The notes under the pieces are model-generated. The model searched no databases. It was not told the DNA's origin and saw only the letters and a program-made list of their open reading frames with translations. Source: Raillietiella orientalis (taxonomy: Eukaryota). From it: a stretch of DNA of 64,000 bases. Below, piece by piece: positions 13,501 through 24,900 of the stretch. The stretch is taken from NCBI GenBank assembly GCA_036172245.1, contig JAYWIR010000043.1, positions 620,001-684,000 on the forward strand, written 5' to 3'. Made by a program: the position numbers and the translations under genes. Within the stretch, counting starts at the first letter, position 1, and each line of letters opens with the position of its first letter.

Positions 13501-16500
13501 GTGCACGAAAGCACACTTTTCCAAAAAAAAAAGCAAATAACAATGAGCGGATACTAAAAGCAGCATCATTGATCCTCGAAACGTGAAGCTGTCCTTTATT
13601 CTTCTCGCGAATTTTCCAAACGTGCCTTCTACAAATCTCTGCAGCGAATTTCGCAGTCTAGCGCGTGCTTGTTCTTCCGTTCTCGTCCTCCTATTCCAGA
13701 AAAAGTTTTCTACCATCCTAAACTGCACAACCGCGGAACCGACATACTGGTGGGTTCCCTTGACATGGATCTCTGAAAGCAGTAAGGATTCTACTTCCAC
13801 CGTACAGTGGCTCTATAAAGATTCGCTACCACTGTCCTTCGATATGGGGGTGCCGGGTGATCAACACTGGATGATCTTCAACGTCCAAAGCTCAGGATAC
13901 TATAGAGTCAACTACGACAAGAGAAACTGGTTCCTTATATCTGAACAACTCCTTCGCGACCATTCAAAAATTCAAACAGTGGACAGAGCGAAATTGTTAG
14001 ACGATGCGTTTGGGCTGGCAGAGATGTCGCATCTGGATTACAGCATAGCTCTGGACCTGACCAAGTATCTTAGCAACGAAACAGAATATGGTCCACTTTG
14101 TGTCGCTTTCCAAGAGCTGGAAAGCATCCAGACGAGACTTTCCTCTTCCACTGCATCTGAAGACTTTCGGGTTTGCTTCCCCAGAGCGAGGCGAGGTGAA
14201 TCTCATTCCTCTTCAGATGTACCTACTGGGGTTATTGGAAAAATTGTATTCTGGCATCGATTGGTCAATATTTCACGTCCTCGCAGATGAAGGCCATGAA
14301 GATGTTACTCAGGTCTACCGGGCTTTGATAATCGTGGAACAGTCGTGCATGTTAGAGTACGAACCATGTCTGGATTATGCCATGGATGTGTTTCGACGGT
14401 GGATGAGGAATGCCAACGATGAAAGACCATCGTAAGACTAGATCCTGTTCCAGCTTCTCGCACAATTCTGCTTCCAGAAGGATTCATCCCAATCTGAAGC
14501 AAGTGATATACTCAACAGCAGCCCGTTCCGGAACCACCTCGGAATGGCATTTCTTGTGGAAACACTTTCTGTCTTCAAACGATGAAACAGAGAGATACTC
14601 TGTGTTGCAAGCCATGTGCAGTGCGAAAGATGCATGGAAGCTGCAAAGCCTGATCGAAAAGAGTTTGAGCAGCACGTTGGGAATTCGTCGTCAGGATTCC
14701 TCTTCGATTCTGGGGTCCATCGCGAGGAACAGCAACGGAGCTCTGATGATACTGGAGCTCTTGAAATCCAGATGGTCCGACATGATCTCCCAGTAAGTTT
14801 CATCACTCCTCAAGGCTGAGGCGTTTTTGATGCTGAAGTCATCAGCAATCTCGTTTGGACTGAGCATCGCTAGTAGTACACCAAACAAGCAAAAGCAAAG
14901 AATGACAAAGAGCATCATAGTGGAAAAAATTCTCTCTGCTTTCTGCAGTTTGGAATCAGAGGTTCACCTTCAACTTTTCTCGGATTTCAGATGTGCCTCA
15001 CACTTCCTTGGAATTTCGTGCATCACTTTTTCTTGCCTTCTTCGGACCAGCATGACAAATAGCGAGAGTTAGATCTACGCTTCAAGGATACATTTCCTAT
15101 CCGTGCGAGTCTCCATGATAACACATATTTGGGTTATAGGGAAATGGATGCGAAAAACATGGCTTTGGGTACGATAATAATCTGAGTACATAAACTGTAC
15201 AGCAGCAGTCAGAGGTCATCGCGAAGTAGCGTGAATGTTTTCTTCGCGATAAAAAACACTGTATTTCTTGAGTGTATTCAGTGGGAAGCCATAAATGAAA
15301 AGTGGGATTGACGACCGCCATCCATAGCTAAGGAATCGGGAACGAGGGACGAGATCTACCCGATTTCGCTCGAGGATTGATTTCATTAATGGTTCAGAAG
15401 GATATTGGTGAGGGAAAGAATGACCCGAAATTCCAAGCAGCTTCTCTGAAGTTTAGAAAAGCATTTCGGAATGCTGGGAAATCCAAAGATCTCTCAGCAT
15501 CCCGGCTCTTCATCCGATGTTCCCCCGTTCCCGGATAATAGAGTATTCTCGTCGACCATTCTATTTCAATGTAGCATCCAAAGTACCGATCCTTTTTCAT
15601 GCTTTCTGAGCTGCCCAGCCCCCCCCCCCATATCCTTCCAAGTTCCGTGCAGCGCGTCAGCAGTCGAATCTCGAAATGAGTGCTCCGCGAAAGAATGTAT
15701 TACTGGAGTACGTCGTCGTCGTGTATTGATAGCAAACGGAATATCATCATTTACTGATGCTGATTTTCAACCTCGGATGGCTTTCCAATCAGCACAGATG
15801 CCGCCGCGTGAGAGTTGCTGACGATATCTTTTACTATGACGTCGAATTGAACCGCTCGGGATGCGAGGGATGAAGGTGCTCGATCGAGGAGCCCAAGTTC
15901 GAATGGCGGAAACCGCTAACGTCGACATGCTGAACCAATGACTGACTTCCACTGTGGTGGTCACACTATCGGGTCATCGGTGAATTTTCCCCCTCCTTCC
16001 CCAAAACGCGGGATGCAGCCATTGCTCTGTTGGTGTCCTCTCCTTTGTAATTCGTGCCCATCATCCGAATCATCGCGTAATTATTGAGTATGGATTTTTT
16101 TCTGCAGCTGTGGGTGGAGAATTTGTATTTATTTTATTCCTCATTTCAGTTTCGGCCGATCGACGTCTTTCGATAAAATATTTACAGCTCTGGCCGAGCA
16201 GCTGCACACCGAGCACCAGTTGAACGATGTAAGTAGCACACTTGTTTACATGCAGCCGACCTGTGCATGAAATCAGCCTTAATAGCTTTTTCACACGCAA
16301 CGGATGCTGCAATTTATTTTTTCTCCTCCTGACATTAGCTTACCTGCCTCGCGGAGGCCAAACGTGGGGGGGGGAGGGGACTTGATCTTCTTTCCGTCCT
16401 TTCATCTTGCTAGCGTTCGCAAGAGTACGTGCATCAAGTAGAATAATAAAACGGGAACTCGGACGGTAATGGGGAATAATCCACGAATGGTACGGAGGAA

Positions 16501-18044
16501 GGGATCATGCGGTCACCCTCTCCCCCGTAAACAAATGCGGCGGAACCGCTGTGTTCGGGGAGGTGGAATATCGATCCTGGAATGTGTACAGAGTGCCACC
16601 CGAAGAACGCAAAGAATCCGCACAAGTTCGCAGAATGAAACGCAATGTACAAGCGTGAGAGCGGAATGGACACTTTTCCGCAACGGAATCCACTTGTGGA
16701 GATTCAGTTCACGGAGATCAGGCAAGATGGTAACCCGCCTTGCTCTGCTCCAGCGAAATCAATGGGCAGTGACCGGAAAGGGAGGTCGTCTGGACAGCGT
16801 GACCCCCAGAAGAAGAAGAAAAAAGCGATAGAAACATTTTTCACTCCTGACGAAGTGGTGCTTATCCAGCGGCGATGAGGTGCTTGCAAGCATTTCCCTC
16901 CAGACAAACCTTCAGGTGAAACCAGTTCCCTATCACAGTAACTTCCGTGAAGATGCCTCAAGAGCTACTTCAAAACGGACCACCTCAAAGGATCCTCATA
17001 CTTCATAGTTGTGTTGCTTTGGTCCATCTACCTGGGATTCAAACAGAAACTTCATTTTCTCTACTGCAAGTCGTCGTCCACGCTGGAAGCCTCAGTGTGC
17101 TTTCATATTAAGAAATGGCACATTTGTGTTCTGGAAGATTGAAGTTCATCTCCATGGCAGCAGAGGAAAGCAGGGAGACGGTGACGATTCCACATCCATG
17201 TTTTTCCCGAATCCATGAGCGCGTGATTCCATTCACAAAATGAAAAGACGACCACTCAAAGAGATCATGTCAGAAGAATGCAGCATCAGTAATCACTGCG
17301 ATCTCCTTGGTGATCATTGGGGAAGGAGCAAACTAAAAAGATATCCACTGAAATGCTCGAATCACATGTTGAGCTCCGTACCGCCTCTCGGAGACCACCT
17401 TTGTGAATTCCCTTTTTTTTTTTTTTCACTTCTCTCCGGTCCATCTCTAGAGATGAGATGGTGCCCGTAGGTGGCAGGTAGGGACAACAGCAGCAGCGAA
17501 TTGATGATCACCGGTTGACAGTAAATTGCAACGCGAGGAAGAGACAGTCGAGACGAAGGTTCGCGTTCGTAGCGATGGATCCGACCGCAGATCCAACGCA
17601 TTTGATGACGACTGATGATGGGATGCTGATCCGCGGGTTTTGGATCTCGGCCGCTCCTGGAACCCGGGCATCCCGCCTTCGGTTTCCTCTCTGATCTGGG
17701 GACATCTTCGCAGCGCCATCCGCCTTCCCCGGGTCGTTTGGACCCCTTTTCGTATGCAAGTGCTTTCAAAATGGAGCCACCACGATGAACGCGACTTCAC
17801 AACTTCCGTGGCTCTGCAATGCCATAATCACAACAGACGCTTTTTCTTTTTCTTTTTTTCTTTTCAGATCATCAAGTTGAGGGAGGAGGTCTTTGAAAAA
17901 TATGGCTTTCAGTCCAAAGTCTTGGATAGAAGCATCGAACTCGTGCAGCTGAATGTAAAGTGGTTGGAGGAAAGGCACGCAGAAGTGGCTACCTGGCTCG
18001 CTGAGAACAAGGACTTCTACAATAAGGAAAATGCTATCGTTTGA
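4528..18044 (+). CDS. M1-family zinc aminopeptidase (aminopeptidase N-like), 5'-partial, 9 exons visible
   Basis: Exons with phase-compatible GT-AG sites: 4528-4851 (PMSTYLVAF...[34 protein letters not shown] motif), 4931-5114 ([27 protein letters not shown] = HEXXH-18-E), 7174-7330 ([10 protein letters not shown], catalytic Tyr), 10060-10328 ([11 protein letters not shown]), 13700-14170 ([14 protein letters not shown]), 14217-14431, 14478-14792, 16150-16228 ([11 protein letters not shown]), 17868-18044 ([11 protein letters not shown]...WL, stop). The N-terminal exons (ARxAFPCFDEP-type) were not found in the window. Confidence 0.95.
6600..6900 (-). mobile_element. Decayed non-LTR RT fragment (intronic)
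   Basis: [24 protein letters not shown] resembles the R..L...L...G.P...I..I segment that follows the RT KAFD motif; highly degenerate. Confidence 0.35.
11128..11892. repeat. Interleaved inverted repeats A-B-A'-B' in an aminopeptidase intron
   Basis: 11128-11355 is inverted at 11576-11803 with few mismatches; 11404-11484 is inverted at 11811-11892. Confidence 0.9.
12198..12253. repeat. (AT)n microsatellite with duplicated CTTCAAAT flank
   Basis: (AT)n-CTTCAAA-(TA)n-TCTTCAAAT seen directly. Confidence 0.9.
17285..17782. repeat. ~500-bp dispersed repeat, copy 1
   Basis: Near-identical direct copy at 21419-21927, differing by a 12-bp indel, poly-T length and a few substitutions. Confidence 0.92.
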
Positions 18045-18076
18045 GAGCATAGAGGTTCCCAGCTAATCATTTTCAT

Positions 18077-18082
18077 AATAAA
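18077..18082 (+). promoter_or_regulatory. Polyadenylation signal of the aminopeptidase gene
   Basis: AATAAA 32 nt after the TGA stop at 18044. Confidence 0.6.
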
Positions 18083-18395
18083 TGGTTCCTATCTAGTCTA
18101 CACTTGGAAGATTTGAATCCGTGCAACTTTCCTTTCGGGATAATGGCTTCTTTTTTTGAAGGGGGGGGGGGGTTTCGATAATAGAAGGCAGCATGGGTGC
18201 TTCTTTACTGAACGAAAATGAAATGGAGAGGGTCGTGCTTGGCCTGGGGAGCCGCAAGTTCCTGAAACTTCAAAGAAGGCTCTCGCAGAGGGAACTCCGC
18301 AGGTTTCGGGGAAGATTATGCATTTTTTTCGGGAACGTTCCATGGCAGTGACGAAGGGCTTCCGCAGGTCCTTTCGGAAAAGAGGATGCCACCAG

Positions 18396-18601
18396 GGTTT
18401 TGTGTAGAAAGAATAGGTGTATTATGGAGATGATTACTATGATGAAAGGTAGAATGAAGTGTAATGAGAAGAATCGGTTGAGGGTGGGATTAGACACGAA
18501 GAAGTTCCCCCAAAGGAATGAAATGATGTGTTGGCCAATGAGGGGGATGGTGGAGAATAGGTTAGTAATGACTGTGGCAGCTCAGAAAGATATTTGTCCC
18601 A
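18396..18601 (-). pseudogene. CYTB: NUMT: nuclear copy of a mitochondrial cytochrome b fragment
   Basis: With TGA=Trp and ATA=Met the minus strand reads [69 protein letters not shown], the cd1/cd2-helix D region of cytochrome b with both helix-D heme histidines. It ends abruptly on both sides in nuclear DNA. Confidence 0.95.
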
Positions 18602-21418
18602 CCGAGCACTGTTTAAATAATTTCTTCCTGGAATCGGAGAATAGCTGAAATGGGAGGATGCACCGGTACCAGGGGGGTTTGATCTCTCCAAGTATCGGTA
18701 AAGAAGAGTGTGACGGTTTTCTGCAAACCTGGACTCACTCAGGCTGAGGCATGGAAATGAAAGACTCTCTCTCATCTTCCAAACTGCAGCCAATTGGCAG
18801 CTGAGTCTCCTGCGATTTCTTTATAGGAACCGCACTACGTGTGGCTTCTTTTTTCTTTTTTTTTTCTGACAATGTGCTTGCATCTCCCTTTCGGAGGCTG
18901 TGGCAAGTGGCTGCTGTGCGATGAGAATCTCATCTTTGGAGTGGTTTATTCAGAAGACACAGCCGTAGGTATGTGGGAGCCAATAAGTCACTTTACACGG
19001 AGGTTTGATGTCCTCAGTCCTTGAATTCACTCACTTGAAAAGGAATTCCTCGCCGCTCAATCCTCAAGGATGCTGCCACCGACTTTGGTGCGCTCGAACA
19101 TGTCCCTCGTGCCGCTCTCCTGTCCTGGTTTTGTGTTTTCTGAGTATTTATTCTATGTATTCTATTTTACGAAAAAAATTGCGAGTCAGTGGCGAATGAG
19201 GTTGCCATTCGGGACGTAGGAGCCTTTGAGAGAGCCAACAACGCACGCGCAGGAGTTCGTCTTCCTTGAATCACTTTTAGTCCATCTTCACTTTCTCAGA
19301 TCTTTTTGAGTCTTTAACACGCCGTGCTGCTCTCTTATCCTTATGAATCTCCACGAAATGGGATGGCAAAACTGCATCAGGTCGCTTGACGAGGAAGCTG
19401 GAAAACGCATTGACCCCAACAAAGACACCGGAGCTTGATAGAATGAAAGCGTCATGAAGTAACCGATCCATGGATGTCTATCAGCTCCGCCAATTAAGGA
19501 ACCGTCGCTGTCCTCAAGTCCTGAATGTCGGCTTCGGTTGCCGCAGCTGGAAGCGTGCATCACGCTCACTGCCTAGGGACATTTCTGACCTCCAAGCAGG
19601 ACATCACGCTCCGGTTGAATAGCCTCCATCTCCCGCACCATCTTTATAATGCGTGCATGCGTATACAGCAAACATGGTACTGTATATGCAACCTAGGAAG
19701 CAGAACTCGTATTCATCATAGGCATTTTACTTGCAAAATGAAAAATAAATGGATAAATACTTTTCGCGGTTTTTCGCGGACTTGTTTGTTCCAAAGTGTC
19801 TACCGACATCCCTCGAATTCAGACAATTTGCCTTCTAGCGGCACTGCCGTTCACAACGGTAGCAAAAATTGTCCGTAAAGATGCCTCCAAAGTGATCCAC
19901 CCATCAGGATCGGTGGCACAGCTAACAGGAATCTGCGATTCGGAGTCCAAGATGGAGACGATTCGTTGCAATTTCGAGAAAAATAAGCATCACTTGCTTT
20001 GGAATGGGAAGCGGAAGATGAAGAAAGATGAAGATCAGAGGGGGTGGGTGGAGAATCGAGACTTCGGCTATCTGTAATTCCTCATCGTTTTTTGGGGGAA
20101 AATTTGCTCCGTTGGGAAAGTTTCCTTTCGCCCAAAGCTGCAGGACGAAAGAGTCCTGAATTCGAGCAGCAAAAGAGTGTTTCGATGAGGAAGCAGGTGG
20201 CATCTGTGGCAAGTTGCGCTCCAGCCTCCAGCTTTTCTGGACAAGAACAAGCAGGAAAGAGCGAAACAGTTCCATCTCGACCGTTTTGGAATGCTGATCC
20301 CCTGTTTTGGGAGGGGTGTGGAGTTCGGAATGCTCGAGAAACGCGAAACGCCGGCCGCAGGCTCGCACCGAACAGAAGGCTGGTCCATGCAGCATCGAGG
20401 AGGACTCGTGACTCGACCACCCTGCTTTCTTCACCCTTCGTACTGAGCGCGGAGTCCGATCTCTGAAGGAAATTTCGCTCACTTACTCGTGTGGATAAAC
20501 TCCTCCCGTGGACACGGTCCTGAGATGCTCCTGATCTCCAAAGCAGGACGCTTAGACTGAATTCACTTCCTTGCACTGTGGGTTCCCGAGTGAATAAGTG
20601 AATCCGGGAATGATATGGATTTTTGGCGTGCGTGCTTTGTGGAACGTTCTTCTACTTCTCTTGTTTATGGAGTTGCCATCAGAGCTGCGATTGCAGATTT
20701 CAGAAGCCACAAAACCCTGCTCTTTAGTATTCATATGTCCGTCGTGCATCATCTTATCATGCCCGTGACTCGAAAGAACAAAGTACCAAAATTGCTTACA
20801 GGATGCTTCTTTGTCCAGTTTAATGAATGCTTATTTAGTGGAATGACTCGGACGGGTTTCGGATATTTATCGGCTTCCTTGTTTTATTGCTTTATTTCTT
20901 AAGATAATGACGAATTATATCCCAGTGTTTGCTGACTGCGGATGCTTTTATCTGTCTTTGCTGCACTCTGGAGAACTCTACGCGAAGGCTCCGGAATTAC
21001 TAATCCCATAGCGTCATGGATCTGGAGCCGAAACTTGACTCTCCTTCTAAAGTCATTTGCCTTCATAAAACCCCAGGATCTTAGAAGGAAGTTTGATAGG
21101 CATAGTGAAGTTCTGAGAGTCCAGAAAACACTCATTTTCTTACAGTTCGACAGTGGAACATATATCCTTGAGGGGTGGTCAAGTTCTCGGGAGTTTCCCA
21201 ACAGCCATCTGAGCCATACATCCGTTTCAGAATTAGTAAAATTCATTGATGTCACGCATGAATCTCTCTTGCGCATGCGTGATCTCTGTAAGGCATACAT
21301 ATACCAAAACTGGAATGGAGAGCCCTCCTGCTCAAAGACTTCAGTGATTTTCACAAACGAAATATCTTTCAGATGTTGGATGCAGATTGTATTTCGGTGA
21401 AATCATCGAAAGACAAGA

Positions 21419-21927
21419 ATCAGTGATCACTGCGATCTCCTTGGTGATCATTGGGGAAGGAGCAAACTAAAAAGATATCCACTGAAATGCTCGAATCACA
21501 TGTTGAGCTCCGTGCCGCCTCTCGGAGACCACCTTTGTGAATTCCCTTTTTTTTTTTTTTCACTTCTCTCCGGTCCATCTCTAGAGATGAGATGGTGCCC
21601 GTAGGTGGCAGGTTTGGCAGGATGTAGGGACAACAGCAGCAGCGAATTGATGATCACCGGTTGACAGTAAATTGCAACGCGAGGAAGAGACAGTCGAGAC
21701 GAAGGTTCGCGTTCGTAGCGATGGATCCGACCGCAGATCCAACGCATTTGATGACGACTGATGATGGGATGCTGATCCGCGGGTTTTGGATCTCGGCCGC
21801 TCCTGGAACCCGGGCATCCCGCCTTCGGTTTCCTCTCTGATCTGAGGACATCTTCGCAGCGCCATCCGCCTTCCCCGGGTCGTTTGGACCCCTTTTCGTA
21901 TGCAAGTGCTTTCAAATCGAGCCACCA
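21419..21927. repeat. ~500-bp dispersed repeat, copy 2
   Basis: Direct repeat of 17285-17782. Confidence 0.92.
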
Positions 21928-24900
21928 GCTGTCGAGTGCGATGAATCTGAAGTGCTTCCACGGGTTCTCATCAAAGGGCCTTTGCTTTGGAAGGAATTTC
22001 CGAATCATGGTCGTCCCTTCTGTTTTCCCGCTTGTCGGATGGGCATCCTCTTCAAAGGACCGTTCTCTCCGTTGCCCAGGGCGCTCGAACAGGAACCTGA
22101 AGGAAAAACCCTGTAATTTTTAGAATTTTTTTTTTTTTTTTTTTCTCTTCTCCAGAAACTCGAGAATTTCCCGAAAAGAGGAAACATGGACGTCCTGTCT
22201 TCGCACTTTCAGTTCATAAGCAAAATCCATTCCTCCCCACCGGCCAAAGCACTTTCGTGGATCCACGGGACCGCATGCACGCAAATTTGCTGCACAAAAT
22301 CAATACAAAAAAACAGTTCGACTTTCGAGGATCCTCTCGTCCCGTATGAACGCAGACTCCGGGAGTCCTTACGAGAATTTCACGGGAAAAAGGCCCCTCG
22401 GAAGCATCGAATGGAGGACTCCTGATCATTTGTGAGGAAGCACGGTGGAAAGCTCAAGAAGATGCTCAGGTTTCCTCCGCACTTCCGGCATTCCACGCTC
22501 TATAAGCGAGTGAATCATGATGGGTGAGAAATTGGATGATAGAATGTGCCGATCAAGTCTCGGAGGTGGAACGAAAGAGTGATTCAGTTAGCATGGCCAA
22601 ACAAGGCGAAATATGAATACCGAGTTTTCACTTTCCGTAGAAAGTCCGATCTCTCTTGTTCGGGGATTGAGTTAGCAGAAGGGAATTCGATTCCGAACGG
22701 GAAGAAAGCCGTCCTCTGGAGGCGAATGGAGAAGTGTCGAAGCTCCTGTATTCATTTCGGTCAGGAACTTTATCTTCGGCGCAAAGGGGGTCTCTGCTCC
22801 TTCCCACGGAATATGGGAGCAGAGATCCCATCGGCGTGTTCCATGTTTAATTCCAGGCACCCTATTTTCCACGTGCCGCCTTTCTGCAGCCTCGAAAATT
22901 TCCACCGAATGCTCCGCTTCGACCGCTCATTCGAACGCGCTTAACGTCGTCATACACAAATTCACGTGCCTTATTCCACAGTATTTACGACCGAGGTCGT
23001 TCTTCATCTTTACCCCACAGAGCAGCTCGCGCAAGTTTGGCATCTTCCGATGGTTTGTCATCTCCCGATTGAGATGGCATTCCCAGATAAAAATCCGAAT
23101 GGCAACTTTTGCACGAGCGACGTGGTAATTAGGAAGACGGGAGTCCTAATTTCCTGAGGGTTTCCTTCGGTTGAAGAATGCAAATAGCGCATGCTCTTTC
23201 TTGCTGAGAGTTCCATCCACACAGGTAGATTCTTGGCCTTGTGTGTGACTCTTTGATGTGGTTTACTAACCAATGCGTTCCTCATGCTGCTTTCTTCATT
23301 CATTCACTGATTCTCGATTGGGTAAGTTGCATCACTTATTTCGCTACTGCCTGCTCCCTGCGTGACGTGTCACTGAATGTGTAAGGCATGGTGGGTTTTA
23401 ACGTTTGCTTTCTCGAAGATAATAAATAGTGGGGAATCGAGACGAGGAAACGGTCCATGAAAGCTGGACCGGCGCCGCGAGTGAAGTTCCGTTTGCCGAA
23501 TTGTGAATCTTGGAGTGAAAAGCTGTGATCTTAATTTAAGTGATCTTTGTGTGCCTTGCGGAGAGAACTTTGAATAAAACTCTGAACAATGAATGAAACT
23601 TTGAATCACTTCAAACAGTTATGGAAGCTCCTCCGTTCACTCATCTCTGTGTGTGAAGAGATGAGGTCCTTCAACCGTAAACGGTGTGTGCCTGCAATAG
23701 AAAATCACATCGTGGGTATTCATTTGATTAAGGATTTGAAGCAATCATTCCAGGAATGTGAAGCGATTTCCCAGTTGTTTCTCGTTTGCTCAGCTGCCGA
23801 GTCCACAGAAAACCAATCGTTCGAGCGTGCATTTTTCTGCTTAGCTGCTTCACCAAGTGAGCGAAGGATCAGCCTCTCCTTATCTGGAATCTGTTTATTC
23901 GAGGGCGACAGGCAGGACTGTGAACGAGAACCATGGCGGATCCTTCGTTTCCTAGAGATCATCCCTAGCTTCAGGACATGATTGGTTGCAATTGGGAATT
24001 GGCGTGTCAACCTATAAAAAAATTTTTGCCTCGTTCCGTGTCAGCCTTGTGCTTCGAAACCGCTCGCCCTGCCTCCCATGGTTTCCTCTTCCTCACCTCA
24101 CTTTGCTTCGGGAAGACACTTTTCCGGACCGTGGCTTTTCCTCCTCCTTTCCTGGACGAGCGTTTCCCATTCTCTTTCCGAATGCCGTCCTCTCGTTGTT
24201 CCACAACGTGACCCCAGGAGCCGAAAGGCGCGTTGCATTCAGTCTGTCATTGCATTTGAGGCATTTCTCGACAGTTTCATTCCGGGAAAATGAGCCCTTT
24301 TGGTTCCCATGCTGCCAACAACTGTTCTCCTGAAGCATACGCCAATCCTTTGCTACACTTTCTCAAGTTGAACCGGATGATGCAATCGAAGGCAAGTTGG
24401 CCAACTTGTCCATCATCTCGACAAACACTACAGGTTGAAACGCCGCACTTTTCCCGCAATAGCCAAGTGAATGTACATCACTTTGATAAGAATTATGATG
24501 TTTACATGTACGGAAAATTAATACCACCCTGCTTTTTGGGAATCTGAAATTGCTTTTCTGCAGAGCGGCTGGAAATCAAATTAAGATGAGACTAATCATC
24601 GGATGTTTTCCTGATCTCGTCAACCTTTCTCAATTAAGCTCCCAGTTAGCAGGTTGTGCGTTTGCGGCCGGTTAGGATGCGCGTTGCTTAGAAACCGCTG
24701 CCTTGAAACGTGCCCTGATAAAGCGCCTACCTAGAAATTGCCGGAGTCATTCAGTCTAAGGTTCAGTGAAATCAGAGCATCAGTAAGGACCACGAACTTG
24801 CAAAAAGGTAATTCACAATGAACCACCCTATGTGCTACGAGATAAAGGATTGTTCACGTCGCCCAGGTTACGAAAGACTGTCTCTAATTCTTATGAGCTC

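Noticed and set aside
14827..15072. ORF as the missing aminopeptidase exon
   Set aside because: Exon 16150-16228 fits the required phases (2 to 0) with consensus splice sites and sensible sequence.
17285..21927. Direct repeats as the LTRs of one retrotransposon
   Set aside because: They enclose a host exon and no gag/pol, and I saw no TG...CA ends, PBS or target-site duplication.
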